In this document: piece after piece, positions 49,371-59,730 of the stretch
Numbering within the stretch: the first letter of the stretch is position 1
Layout: every line of letters begins with the position of its first letter
DNA from: Candidatus Hadarchaeota archaeon
GTDB lineage: Archaea; Hadarchaeota; Hadarchaeia; Hadarchaeales; JAWBSP01
Assembly (NCBI GenBank): GCA_964474885.1
Contig: CAYYWO010000003.1
Location: 1 to 64,000, forward strand
DNA: 64,000 nt
Reading direction: 5' to 3'
Translations under genes and position numbers: made by a program
The notes under the pieces: generated by a model
Told to the model about the DNA's origin: nothing
The model's database searches: none
The model's input: the letters and a program-made list of their open reading frames with translations, nothing else

Positions 49371-49676
49371 CCTCCCTTACCTCAAGCAAATTCTACGCTC
49401 CAAGAAAGGATAGAGCGGTACACGGAGGGTGTGGAATACAACGAGTTCTTGAAGAACGAGATGCTCCAGAGCGCTGTCCTGAGGGAGCTGATGGTGATAG
49501 CCGGAATAGCCAAAGAAAGACTCTCCAAGAGTGTGAAGGAAAGGTATCCCGAGGTCCCTTGGAGTGAGGTCGCGGGGATGAGGGGCAAACTCGCCCATTC
49601 CTACCTCGATGTGGATGTGGATCTGGGAATCGTGTGGAGCGTGGTGGAGAAGGGTCGTGGAGCGGGCCATTGGTAG
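49354..49676 (+). pseudogene. HEPN (DUF86) toxin, frameshifted and truncated
   Basis: YPEVPW..AGMRGKLAHSY (RxxxxH); the MSERSDLPYL start is out of frame. Confidence 0.7.
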
Positions 49677-49735
49677 CATCGAATCCCGCAGGCGAAAAAG
49701 TAGCTAGCAGTAAAAGGTGGCACGGTAAAGATTTT

Positions 49736-49810
49736 AGGGTCGTGGGGTAGCCTGGTCTATCCTTCTGGCTTCGGGAGCCAGAGACTCGGGTTCGAATCCC
49801 GGCGACCCCA
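49736..49810 (+). tRNA. tRNA-Pro(CGG)
   Basis: CTGGC-TTCGGGA-GCCAG anticodon arm, TTCGAAT T-loop, acceptor AGGGTCG/CGACCCC-A. Confidence 0.92.
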
Positions 49811-49842
49811 CCCCAGTGTTTTTCACTCCGGGGACATTTTTG

Positions 49843-50355
49843 ATGGCGGAGGCGGTCGGGCACTTCCATCCCAAGAAGATAATAGTCACGGGGGAGCTGG
49901 AGGAGCTCCTAAAGGGGTATTACGGGAAGGACTTGGGGGGGAGGGTGCAGCTGGCTCCGGTCGAGGCCCTTTACTTGGTGGAAAAGGGGAAGATCAGGGT
50001 GATCGAGGACGAGAGGGAGCTGAGTTTCGAGGAGCTCTTCAAGAGGTTCTCGAAGGAAGATCCCGACCTGCCGCTGAAGTACGCAGCTTATTCGGACCTC
50101 CGGTCCAGGGGCTACATAGTAAAGACAGGCCTGAAGTTCGGTGCCCACTTCCGAGTCTACGACAGGGGAGATAAGCCAGGCAAGGCGCACTCGAAGTACA
50201 TAGTTCTGGCCGTCCCCGAGTGGATCAAGCTGACCCCGACCGACTTCGCCAGGGGTGTGCGACTGGCAAGGAGCGTGAGAAAGGGGATGCTATTCGCGGT
50301 GGTAGACGACGAGGGTGACGTGACGTACTACTCCTTGACGAGGGAGAAGCCATGA
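49843..50355 (+). CDS. endA: tRNA-splicing endonuclease (single-unit, alpha4-type size)
   Basis: EALYL, YSDLRSRGY..KTGLKFG.HFRVY, HS, R.ARSVRK. Confidence 0.93.
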   Translation: MAEAVGHFHPKKIIVTGELEELLKGYYGKDLGGRVQLAPVEALYLVEKGKIRVIEDERELSFEELFKRFSKEDPDLPLKYAAYSDLRSRGYIVKTGLKFGAHFRVYDRGDKPGKAHSKYIVLAVPEWIKLTPTDFARGVRLARSVRKGMLFAVVDDEGDVTYYSLTREKP

Positions 50356-51440
50356 TCAGTCCTTGGACCACGGAGATCCCCGAGAGCTACGAGAGGCTCA
50401 TGAGGGGCTTCGGGATAAGGAGCTTCTCCGAGCTCTTGGACAGAATACCGGAACCGAATCACCTCATGCGGAGGGGTATCATCTTCGGCCACAGGGACTT
50501 TGAGCGGGTGCTTGATGCAATGCTGAATGACAGAGACTACGCCGTCATGACGGGCCTCATGCCCAGCGGCCCCATGCATCTCGGGCACAAGATGGTGATC
50601 GATGAGCTGATATGGTTCCAGAGGCGGGGGGCTGAGATCTTCCTGTGCGTGGCCGATGTGGAGGCGCACGTCATGCGGGGTCTGAGCTACGAGCAGATAA
50701 GGAAACTAGCGGTGGACCAGTACCTCTCCAATTATCTGGCACTGGGACTTGATTTGGACAAATGCCATGTGTACTTCCAATCCGAGAGCGAGGATGTCAA
50801 GAATCTAGCCCTGACTCTGGGCACGAGGGTGAACTTCAGCGAGCTGAGGGCGATCTACGGCTTCGGTGCCGACAGCAAGGCTTCCCACATCTTCTACCCG
50901 CTCATCGATGCGGCGGACATACTCCACCCCCAGCTCCCGAAGTTCGGGGGCCCTAGGCCGGTAGTAGTTCCCGTCGGGATAGACCAGGACCCGCACCTGC
51001 GGCTTGCAAGGGACTTGGCTTCCAGACTAGGTTATGTTCCCCCCTCCTCCACCTATCACAAGCTGATGAGAGGATTGCTGGGGGAGAAGATGTCGAGCTC
51101 GAACCCAGAAACTGCAATCCTCCTGCAGGACAGCCCAGAGAGTGTGGAGAGGAAGATCTGGAAAGCCTTCACGGGGGGTCAGCCGACGGCGAGGGAGCAG
51201 AGGGAGAAGGGGGGAGATCCCTCGAAGTGCGTGGTTTTTGAGCTCATGGCATATCACCTACTCGAGGATGACAGGGAGCTGGCTAGGCTTGCGGAGGCCT
51301 GCAGGTCGGGGCAGATCGTATGCGGGGAGTGCAAGCGCAGGGTGATTCATCTAACGAACCGCTTGCTTGAAGAGCTGACGCTAAAGAGAAAAAGGTATTT
51401 GGAGAGGGCACGCGAATACCTGAAAAGTGTTAGGCCTTGA
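50352..51440 (+). CDS. trpS: Tryptophanyl-tRNA synthetase
   Basis: TGLMPSG.MHLGH, VPVGIDQDPH, KMSSS, AFTGG. Confidence 0.95.
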   Translation: MISPWTTEIPESYERLMRGFGIRSFSELLDRIPEPNHLMRRGIIFGHRDFERVLDAMLNDRDYAVMTGLMPSGPMHLGHKMVIDELIWFQRRGAEIFLCVADVEAHVMRGLSYEQIRKLAVDQYLSNYLALGLDLDKCHVYFQSESEDVKNLALTLGTRVNFSELRAIYGFGADSKASHIFYPLIDAADILHPQLPKFGGPRPVVVPVGIDQDPHLRLARDLASRLGYVPPSSTYHKLMRGLLGEKMSSSNPETAILLQDSPESVERKIWKAFTGGQPTAREQREKGGDPSKCVVFELMAYHLLEDDRELARLAEACRSGQIVCGECKRRVIHLTNRLLEELTLKRKRYLERAREYLKSVRP

Positions 51441-51475
51441 CAAAAAGTTAATAACTAGGGTTTAAGGGGAAGAAT

Positions 51476-54133
51476 ATGAAAAGACTCTACTTCTTCGAAG
51501 AAGGAGACGGCAGGAATAAGGATCTGCTGGGAGGCAAGGGAGCGGGATTGTGCACGATGACTCAACTCGGCCTGCCCGTGCCGGCGGGTTTCGTTATAAC
51601 GACCGAGACATGCAGGGAGTATTACAAGCTCGGCAAGCTGCCTGAGGGTCTTATGGAAGAAGTGAAGGAAGCGATGGCGAAGTTGGAGCAAAAGACGGGT
51701 AAGAAGTTCGGGGACCCATCCAACCCATTATTGGTCTCTGTCAGGTCCGGAGCTAAGTTCTCCATGCCGGGCATGATGGACACAGTGCTGAACTTGGGCA
51801 TGAATGACCAAGTAGTGCAGGGCCTTGCGAGACTGACGAATAACGAGAGATTCGCCTGGGATGCTTACCGCAGGTTCCTACAGATGTTTGGGAAGATAGT
51901 GCTGGGGGTAAAGGGAGAGAAGTTCGACCAGATCTTTGAGGAAAAAAAGAGGGAGAAGGGTGCGAAGTCGGATCTGGACTTGACGGCTTCCGACCTGAGG
52001 GAGATCGCGGAGGAGTTCAAGCAGCTGATCAAGCAGGAAACGGGGCAGGACTTCCCACAGGATCCAATGAAGCAGCTGCAACTAGCAATAGAAGCGGTTT
52101 TCAAGTCCTGGAACAACCCGAGGGCGATCGAGTACAGGAATTTCTATAAGATCCCGCATGATCTGGGGACCGCTGTAAACGTCGTGACCATGGTCTTCGG
52201 AAACATGGGAGAAGACTCGGGTACAGGAGTAGTCTTCACGAGGGATCCCGCGACGGGGGAGAAGAAACTCTATGGGGAATTCCTGTTCAACGCCCAAGGA
52301 GAGGATGTGGTGGCAGGCATCCGCACCCCCCTGAAGATAGAGGAGCTGAAGGAGAAGTGGCCGGAAATCTACAGGCAGCTGCAGGATGTGGCGGAGAAGC
52401 TCGAGAGGCACTACAGGGACATGCAGGACATGGAGTTCACCGTTGAGAGAGGAAAACTCTACATGCTCCAGACGAGAGCAGGGAAGCGGACAGCCCTGGC
52501 GGCCGTCAGGATAGCCGTGAGCATGGCGAAGGAGGGACTCATCTCGAAGGAGGAGGCAATCCTGAGGATAGAACCCAATCATGTTGAACAGCTTCTTCAT
52601 CCGCAGGTCGATCCCAAGGCCAAGGTCAAGGTGATAGCTAAAGGGTTGAACGCGAGCCCAGGCGGAGCGGTGGGGAGGGTTGTGTTCAGCTCGGAGAAGG
52701 CGAAAGAGTGGGCTGAGAAGGGGGAGAAGGTCATACTAGTCAGGCCCGAGACGAGCCCGGATGATGTGGGAGGGATAATCGCATCGGCGGGGGTGCTCAC
52801 CTCGAGGGGAGGCATGACCTCGCATGCCGCCGTCGTGACGAGGGGTTTAGGGAAGCCCGCTGTGGTGGGGTGCGAGGAGATAGAGATAGACCTGGAGAAG
52901 GGTGAGTTCAGGGCTCCTGGTGGCGTGGTCATCAGGGAAGGGGATGTCATAACGATAAACGGGACCTCGGGAGAGGTGATTTTGGGAGAGGCCCCCCTCA
53001 TCCAACCCCAGCTGAGGGGGGAACTGGCAGAGCTCTTGCAGTGGTGCGATGAGGTGAGGAGGCTCCAGACTTGGGCAAACGCAGACTACCCAAGGGATGC
53101 CAAGAGGGCGAGGGAGTTCGGGGCCCAAGGGATAGGCCTGTGCAGAACCGAGCATATGTTCTTCGAGGAGGATAGATTGCCCATCTTCAGGCGTGTGATA
53201 ATGGCAAAAACCAAGGAGGAGAGACTGGGGTATTTGGAGCAACTTGGGAAGATCCAGAAGAAAGACTTCAAGGAGATCCTTGAGGTCATGGATGGACTGC
53301 CCGTCATAATCAGGCTATTGGATCCACCCTTGCACGAGTTCCTGCCCAGGTACGAGAAACTACTGGAAGAAGTAATCACGGGGAGGGTAAAGGGCGAGCT
53401 CCAGAGGGAGAAAGAGGAGCTCCTGAAGAGGGTGGAGGCCATGAGGGAGGCTAACCCCATGATGGGTCTTAGGGGATGTAGGCTGGGTCTGCTCTTTCCT
53501 GAGATAAACGAGATGCAGGTGAGGGCAATCATGGAGGCGGCATGCGAGCTGAAGAAGGAGGGTCGTGACCCCAAGCCGGAGATCATGATCCCGCTCACCT
53601 GCCATGTGAACGAGCTGAGGAAGATAAAGGAGAGGCTGGAGAGGGTCGCTCGGGAGGTCATGGAAGAGTACGGAGTTCAGATCAGCTACAAGTTCGGGAC
53701 GATGATAGAGGTACCCAGAGCCGCCCTCACGGCAGATAAAATCGCTGAGGTCGCGGAGTTCTTCTCCTTTGGTACGAACGACCTGACCCAGATGACCTTT
53801 GCCTTCTCGAGGGATGACGCTGAGCGCTCCTTCCTCTTCCCATACTTGGAGCAGGGGATACTCCCGTTCAATCCTTTCCAGACGCTGGACAAGGAAGGGG
53901 TGGGTAAGCTCATGAGGATGGGGGTGGAGCTGGGGAGGCGGACCCGACCTGATCTAGAGATAGGCATCTGTGGGGAGCACGGAGGAGATCCAGCCTCGAT
54001 CGAATTCTGTCATGAAATAGGCCTGAATTATGTCTCATGTTCCCCCTTCCGGATCCCCGTGGCTAGACTGGCAGCAGCCCGTGCTGCACTGAAATCGAAA
54101 TCCTCAAAAATTTCCGAAAATCAAACTCTTTAG
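51476..54133 (+). CDS. ppdK: Pyruvate, phosphate dikinase
   Basis: LLGGKGA, SVRSGA..SMPGMM, GGMTSHAA, GTNDLTQ, GICGEHGG. Confidence 0.97.
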   Translation: MKRLYFFEEGDGRNKDLLGGKGAGLCTMTQLGLPVPAGFVITTETCREYYKLGKLPEGLMEEVKEAMAKLEQKTGKKFGDPSNPLLVSVRSGAKFSMPGMMDTVLNLGMNDQVVQGLARLTNNERFAWDAYRRFLQMFGKIVLGVKGEKFDQIFEEKKREKGAKSDLDLTASDLREIAEEFKQLIKQETGQDFPQDPMKQLQLAIEAVFKSWNNPRAIEYRNFYKIPHDLGTAVNVVTMVFGNMGEDSGTGVVFTRDPATGEKKLYGEFLFNAQGEDVVAGIRTPLKIEELKEKWPEIYRQLQDVAEKLERHYRDMQDMEFTVERGKLYMLQTRAGKRTALAAVRIAVSMAKEGLISKEEAILRIEPNHVEQLLHPQVDPKAKVKVIAKGLNASPGGAVGRVVFSSEKAKEWAEKGEKVILVRPETSPDDVGGIIASAGVLTSRGGMTSHAAVVTRGLGKPAVVGCEEIEIDLEKGEFRAPGGVVIREGDVITINGTSGEVILGEAPLIQPQLRGELAELLQWCDEVRRLQTWANADYPRDAKRAREFGAQGIGLCRTEHMFFEEDRLPIFRRVIMAKTKEERLGYLEQLGKIQKKDFKEILEVMDGLPVIIRLLDPPLHEFLPRYEKLLEEVITGRVKGELQREKEELLKRVEAMREANPMMGLRGCRLGLLFPEINEMQVRAIMEAACELKKEGRDPKPEIMIPLTCHVNELRKIKERLERVAREVMEEYGVQISYKFGTMIEVPRAALTADKIAEVAEFFSFGTNDLTQMTFAFSRDDAERSFLFPYLEQGILPFNPFQTLDKEGVGKLMRMGVELGRRTRPDLEIGICGEHGGDPASIEFCHEIGLNYVSCSPFRIPVARLAAARAALKSKSSKISENQTL

Positions 54134-54216
54134 CCAAAAAAGGTATTATCTTCAAGAAAATTCGAAAAAATACCCAAAAAAGCCTTCCTTTTAAGGAACA
54201 AAAAGGCAACTAGACG

Positions 54217-57111
54217 ATGCCGAAGAAGAAAGTCAACCAGCAGAAGAAGCAGATGAAAATGAAGCTTTCTCAGCTGGCAGAGGAGATCAAGAAAACCCCT
54301 GGAAAATCCCAAGCACGCTCCATTAAAATTGGGACGCTCAAGATTAAGATGGGTGGGTCAACCATGAAATGGGTTCTTGTAGGTGCTGTTGCTGCGGTAG
54401 CCTTGTTAACGATTTGGAAGTTGGGTGCCTTGGGGGCAGGTGGGCCAGCTCAAGAAAATGTCTCTGAGATCTTAAGTGTTCAGCCGGTTAATCTGCCAGA
54501 GGAGATGATTCCAGGACAGGAATATCAAGTTCCACTTAGGATAACGAACAGAAGCAAACAAAAGTTTGCGGGTCATGTGAGGGTTCACGCTGAGGGACTG
54601 GATTACGACTACCTCATCTATATTAAGCTCGCACCTGGTGAGTCCCAGACGATAGAAATCCCCTTCAGGCCCGTGAAATCAGGGACCAACTTCATCGAAA
54701 TAGCTGGGAGGAAGGTCGCACTTTCAGTAGCTGAGCCTAGTCCGGGTCACCTAAAAGTGGAAGATCTTAGGGTTGCGCCAGAGTCTGTCATTTTGGATCC
54801 GGACAAAGGAGGCGTGGAGGTGATCCATGTTTTAGCAAAGGTTATGAATGACGGGCAACAGCTACTTCAAAAAGATGTCACATTATATGCTGGCTTGGAG
54901 GGATATGAGGAGCCCTGTGGTAGCCAGTTTGTCAAACTAGCTCCCGGTGAGAGTCAGGTGGTTTCCTTCACTTATACCATCACTGCCGATCAGGTCGGTG
55001 AACTGGAGGAGGGGGAGGAGAGGAATGTGAACATAGTGGTTGAAGGGAAAAGCGCAACGGTCAAGGTGAGTGGTTATGCCAAATTTGAGGTCAAGAAAAT
55101 ACTCTGGAACTGGTATCCCACAAGCGTAGGGCACCAGCTGGTTGCCAAACCTGAGGAGAACATATACCCCATGGCTGGGGATAAGGTGGAGATAATCTTC
55201 AGGGTTAAGAATGTCGGGACAGCCGGGGGGACGGCAAATCTCAGGCTCTGTATAAATGCCACTGACATCGACACGAAAACCTTGCATCTCAAGCGCGGAG
55301 AGGAGGTAAAGGAGAACTTCATCTGGTACCCGCCAGCTGGCGGCTCCTATGAGATTGAGATAACAGGTGATGAGAAAGTGGTAGGAAAGGTTGCTGGGGA
55401 GAAACTGGAGGTGAAAACTCCGCCAACCTTCAGTTTGGGAGAAGTGACGATCCAAGTCAAGCATGCCCAACTTGAGAGAGCTCTTTCGGATTGGAGACTT
55501 GAGACGAGGGAGTTTTTGCAGGATGAGCCCTTCATGGTCGGAGTCTTCGTGAAAAATGACGGAGATGTATCTGGAAAGTGCAAGCTAAAGTGCTCTTGGG
55601 AAATCGGAGAGAACGAAATAACCGAGGTCATCCCGCCGGGAGGTGACATGGTTTGGATGTATGGAAGGGCGAAGTCCACAGACGGTCCCCAGCAGATTCT
55701 CATCCAGCTCATGTACGAGAATCGCCAGATCATCTCGGAACATGTGGATAACATTATGGTTCAAGGATGGATAAGACAGCCCAAGGAAGGGGACAAATGG
55801 ATTTATAAAGTGCCGACTGGGGAGAGGGAGGATGCCTATCAGGGTATTGGGCAGATGAGGGATTTGATTAACTACCTCAAAAATGGCGGTTTTGCAGGTG
55901 GTACACCTCCGGACAACATACCGGACTGGGAGTGCTCGATTGCTGACGCTTCCCGCAACCTCAAGGCTCCTCCGAATGACTACGACGGAGACGGTGGATC
56001 AATATACGTGTATGCTGAGCCACCGCTGGCAGGAACGAGCGATACCTGTGACATGACCTGGACCCAGAGTTTGGATATCCCAGCGGGAAGGAAAATAGTG
56101 CTTGCAGGTGCCTACAGATTTTACTCGGCTGTCAATGATGATGAAGTTGATAATGCGCTTATCGAAGTTAAAGTAAACGATGGTGGGACCGAGAAAACGC
56201 TGTTCTCAGCTTTGATCAACGAAAGTACAAGTGTAACCCTAGACACGTGGTACGGGATATATGCGGACTATGTGGTCCAGTCAGGCTTAAAGAGTATAAG
56301 CATTCACCTTGAAGTAATGGACAAGGAGGGACTAGGTGGCGGAGAGGAGATAGGTATCCAGGCCGACGGCTTCTTCCTGAAGACGGCTGACCCCTACCCG
56401 ATCGAAAACTATGCCCCTGCATGGGCCAGTACGCCTGGCTCCGATGAGCAAATGTATTCATACCTTTCCCTCTCAGCTGATGAGGTTCAGCAACTCGGCT
56501 GGGTTCTTTACAGGAATGGATTCAAGGAGCTCCTACGCCTGAAAAACCCGATCGAACTATACTCACGCACACTAGGTGAAACGATCACCTACCCAACCGC
56601 AGTGACTCTCTGTTACGTAAAGGGGATATCCTCAACTACGGGTCGTAGGCAAATGTTGATAGCCGAAGATGTCCCCATCACGTACCACATATACTCTGTA
56701 AGCACAGTCGAGGATCCTTACTTTGGAGAGTGCTTGGTCTACAACTATGAGTTCTACGCAGAAGGGGTCAAGGCCCTGGTCATGGGTGACGTCTCTGGTG
56801 GAGGCTCGGTTATAACAGGTTCTCCTCCTCCCTCCTATGGTGAAGCAGTTGGAGAAGTTAGCTTCCACATCAACGGGCAGATATGGTATTCGAGGAGGTT
56901 CGGCCTGATCAAGGACGAGCGGAACTCGGAACAGTGGCATGCCACAGCAAGTTGGAGCGTGCCAGCACCAATGACTGTAAACGTCTACGGGATCGAAATG
57001 GAGATTGATATGGGCGGTGCTGTATACATAAACTGGGACGATTCGGTCGGTAAGTCCGTTGTCCAGCTCGAGCAGGATCTGGAAGCGGTAAAGACCTTCC
57101 TGGACCTGTAA
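54217..57111 (+). CDS. Large membrane-anchored surface protein with CARDB/Ig-like repeats
   Basis: N-terminal TM, repeated V.N.G...LAPGES motifs, NGGF jelly-roll-like segment, C-terminal beta-rich domain. Confidence 0.75.
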   Translation: MPKKKVNQQKKQMKMKLSQLAEEIKKTPGKSQARSIKIGTLKIKMGGSTMKWVLVGAVAAVALLTIWKLGALGAGGPAQENVSEILSVQPVNLPEEMIPGQEYQVPLRITNRSKQKFAGHVRVHAEGLDYDYLIYIKLAPGESQTIEIPFRPVKSGTNFIEIAGRKVALSVAEPSPGHLKVEDLRVAPESVILDPDKGGVEVIHVLAKVMNDGQQLLQKDVTLYAGLEGYEEPCGSQFVKLAPGESQVVSFTYTITADQVGELEEGEERNVNIVVEGKSATVKVSGYAKFEVKKILWNWYPTSVGHQLVAKPEENIYPMAGDKVEIIFRVKNVGTAGGTANLRLCINATDIDTKTLHLKRGEEVKENFIWYPPAGGSYEIEITGDEKVVGKVAGEKLEVKTPPTFSLGEVTIQVKHAQLERALSDWRLETREFLQDEPFMVGVFVKNDGDVSGKCKLKCSWEIGENEITEVIPPGGDMVWMYGRAKSTDGPQQILIQLMYENRQIISEHVDNIMVQGWIRQPKEGDKWIYKVPTGEREDAYQGIGQMRDLINYLKNGGFAGGTPPDNIPDWECSIADASRNLKAPPNDYDGDGGSIYVYAEPPLAGTSDTCDMTWTQSLDIPAGRKIVLAGAYRFYSAVNDDEVDNALIEVKVNDGGTEKTLFSALINESTSVTLDTWYGIYADYVVQSGLKSISIHLEVMDKEGLGGGEEIGIQADGFFLKTADPYPIENYAPAWASTPGSDEQMYSYLSLSADEVQQLGWVLYRNGFKELLRLKNPIELYSRTLGETITYPTAVTLCYVKGISSTTGRRQMLIAEDVPITYHIYSVSTVEDPYFGECLVYNYEFYAEGVKALVMGDVSGGGSVITGSPPPSYGEAVGEVSFHINGQIWYSRRFGLIKDERNSEQWHATASWSVPAPMTVNVYGIEMEIDMGGAVYINWDDSVGKSVVQLEQDLEAVKTFLDL

Positions 57112-57139
57112 CTCTTTAATCTTGGATTCTAAATCTTAA

Positions 57140-57778
57140 GTGAAGCGCATCCTCCTGCTGGCAACAGTGGTCTTCGCCGCTTTAATGTACGTCCAAGTGA
57201 GTCTCACCTTTCCGGCGGCAAGCTGGAAGCTCGCTTCAGTGGAGTTGTCGCCTGCCTTCCCATTTGAGAACGAAGAGGTGGTGATGAAAGTAGAAGTCAC
57301 TAAATTGGGTCCGGCCGGTACATGCACGGTGGTATACTTCGTGGACAACAAAAGATGCGAGGAAAACTTCAAGATAAGGGGAACACCGAGGTACGTTTAC
57401 CTGATCCAGAAGCTTCCAGCAGGGGTGCACTACTTGCACCTCGAGAACGAGAACAAGCAGTGGAGAGTTAAAGTGACCAGCGCTGGGGCAGTCGGGACCG
57501 TACCCATTGAAATAGAGTCCTTCAAAGTCGAACCAGTCGATGTCAAGCTCTGGGAAACTTTCTTTGTTAAGGTAAGAGTCAGAAACAAATCGACTGACAC
57601 GGGTTGGGCAACTGTCCGCCTGTGGGTGGACAATGAGCCCATCGAGCGCAGGGTTTTGATTGGCGGGGGCAGACTGAAGGACATTTGCTTCCGACTACAG
57701 GCTGATAAGCCCATACTGAAGATTCGAGTTGAGAACTGTCCCCAGCCCGAGGAAAACCTAAGACCCTCACTGTGGTGA
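57140..57778 (+). CDS. Secreted two-domain CARDB/Ig-like protein
   Basis: Signal peptide, two beta-sandwich-like repeats. Confidence 0.6.
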   Translation: MKRILLLATVVFAALMYVQVSLTFPAASWKLASVELSPAFPFENEEVVMKVEVTKLGPAGTCTVVYFVDNKRCEENFKIRGTPRYVYLIQKLPAGVHYLHLENENKQWRVKVTSAGAVGTVPIEIESFKVEPVDVKLWETFFVKVRVRNKSTDTGWATVRLWVDNEPIERRVLIGGGRLKDICFRLQADKPILKIRVENCPQPEENLRPSLW

Positions 57779-59683
57779 TTACAGCTGGGAGAGGTTGGTG
57801 AGACTGTAATCTAGTAGCTCCATGTTGGTTTCGCTTATGATGGTGAACTGCTGCCCCATGTAAGTCACCTTTGACGTAGTTCGCTCCTCTGACTTGAGGA
57901 GTATGCCCACGCGGTTCAGTCGCCTTGTTATCACGGTATCCGATACCACGTCACAAACTTCTCCTCTAAATGTGGCCTGCCCTTCTAGGTGGATTGTTAC
58001 TACGACGACAAAGGCCTCAACGGGCTGGCCCTTCACCACGACGGTCTCGGTTCCCACCACTTCGTACTGGCAAGTGCACTGCCCGCTTAGGGTGATGTCT
58101 ATCGGGTAGTAGTTGTGTACCGTCATGGTTGAGGTGGAAGAGGAAGTGGCACCAACTTCCAGGGGGAAGGAAGCGATCTGGAGCGGGGGATCGTACTCTA
58201 CCTCGGTGGTTTTGGAGCCTTGGTAGTAGTTGATCAGGGCGAAAAGATAAGCAGCGGTGTCTGTGTCGGGTGAGTAGAAGATTTGATAGCTCTCCTCTCC
58301 ACCTTCTATTTCAGACACAACTTTCCTGCACTTCTTTCCTCCTATTTCCACCATGCCCTTGTAACTAACCGTGACGGTTGCCGTCCCAGACTCCGGGAAG
58401 TTGTACTCCTGTCCTAGCTCTGGGATTCGGTTGGTGGATGAGAAACGGTATTTCAGCCAGTCAACATCCTCCAGCATGAGATCTTTGTATCCCAGCACAC
58501 GGACGCTTTTCTGCTTCCCCCCGATCTCGATGTACATGATGCCCTTTTGGGTGGCTTGAACAGTAGCGTCCACAATTTTCTCTTGGCCCGGAGCTACTTC
58601 AGCCGTTACGGTCTGGGTGCCTCCTGGGGATGCGATCAAGTCCTCGGAGAAGGTCTGAGTAGAGGTACCGTTGTTCCGGATGGTTATTCTGACGGGTACG
58701 GAACTCCCAACGATAACAACTTCTGGGACCGAAATGTCCTTCACGAAAACCTCCGGTTTTTCCGAGACCTGCAGAATGCGACTGTAGTCACCAGCTTTAA
58801 TGGTGTGGGAGCCTGTTGTTAGCTCGCCGAGGTTGAATACGAAGATCTTCTCCTCCCCGGGTGCTATACTCTCGGCCCTCGGATAAGTAATTCTCTCACC
58901 GTCTACGAGGATTTCGGGCTTGTACTGACCGGTATCGTTACCGACGTTTTTCACGACCACCGTGGCCTGAGCTTCACCTACATAGGCGAAGGAGGGCACC
59001 ATGAGATCCTCGATGCTGAACTCCGGTCTCGACTCCTCTACAGTTATCTTGACTGGGGACCCAACGTAGTTTTCGATCGTCACATCGAACTTGCCCGCTT
59101 CTGTTGGTGTGAACCTGAATGATATCATCCTCGTGGCTTTCGGGCCGATCGTCACGGGGTATCTCTGATGGATGTCTTGGGCTCCGATGTGTAGAACACC
59201 CGAGTATGAACCCTCCATCTCCCCTTCATTGACCACCTCTATGCACGCCACTACTTCCTTTCCCACAATCGCCCTAGAGGGGATATCGATCTTGGTCACC
59301 TTGAATGATGGGGGTGTGGGTTCGTGTACGCTGAAGCTGATAGGCGCAACCTCAGGAGCTACAACCTCGAAGGATCCGGCTTGCATTGGGATGTATTCAA
59401 AATCCACAAGCAAGACTTGTCCAGCATTCTCAACTTCTACTGACTTTGTCAGTTCCTCTCCCCCTATACTGATACTCACGTCAATCCAACCTGTTTTAAG
59501 GGCTTTGACTTTGGCGGTCACGTAAACCTTAGATCCCACAGGTGTGTCCTCCGGGTACACTTTTAGCTCCATGACCTCATAACTTGCTTTCTCAGTTACA
59601 GGTTGCTCGGGTTTCAGGAAAAGGAAGTACGCTGCCACGCCCAGGATCAGGACGACAACAATTGCAGGCACTGCCTTATTCAT
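57779..59683 (-). CDS. Membrane-anchored CARDB-repeat protein with C-terminal DUF3108/LolA-like beta domain
   Basis: ATG 59683, TM, four Ig-like repeats, FPLEVG...VVGTETVVVKG...EAFVV. Confidence 0.7.
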   Translation of the reverse strand: MNKAVPAIVVVLILGVAAYFLFLKPEQPVTEKASYEVMELKVYPEDTPVGSKVYVTAKVKALKTGWIDVSISIGGEELTKSVEVENAGQVLLVDFEYIPMQAGSFEVVAPEVAPISFSVHEPTPPSFKVTKIDIPSRAIVGKEVVACIEVVNEGEMEGSYSGVLHIGAQDIHQRYPVTIGPKATRMISFRFTPTEAGKFDVTIENYVGSPVKITVEESRPEFSIEDLMVPSFAYVGEAQATVVVKNVGNDTGQYKPEILVDGERITYPRAESIAPGEEKIFVFNLGELTTGSHTIKAGDYSRILQVSEKPEVFVKDISVPEVVIVGSSVPVRITIRNNGTSTQTFSEDLIASPGGTQTVTAEVAPGQEKIVDATVQATQKGIMYIEIGGKQKSVRVLGYKDLMLEDVDWLKYRFSSTNRIPELGQEYNFPESGTATVTVSYKGMVEIGGKKCRKVVSEIEGGEESYQIFYSPDTDTAAYLFALINYYQGSKTTEVEYDPPLQIASFPLEVGATSSSTSTMTVHNYYPIDITLSGQCTCQYEVVGTETVVVKGQPVEAFVVVVTIHLEGQATFRGEVCDVVSDTVITRRLNRVGILLKSEERTTSKVTYMGQQFTIISETNMELLDYSLTNLSQL

Positions 59684-59730
59684 TTGTCTTTTCCCCCAAA
59701 TACCTTTTAAGCTTTTTAAGGGAAAACAGA

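Noticed and set aside
49678-49690. TCGAATCCCG as a tRNA-derived att site
   Set aside because: Match is too short, lies upstream of the tRNA, and no integrase is present
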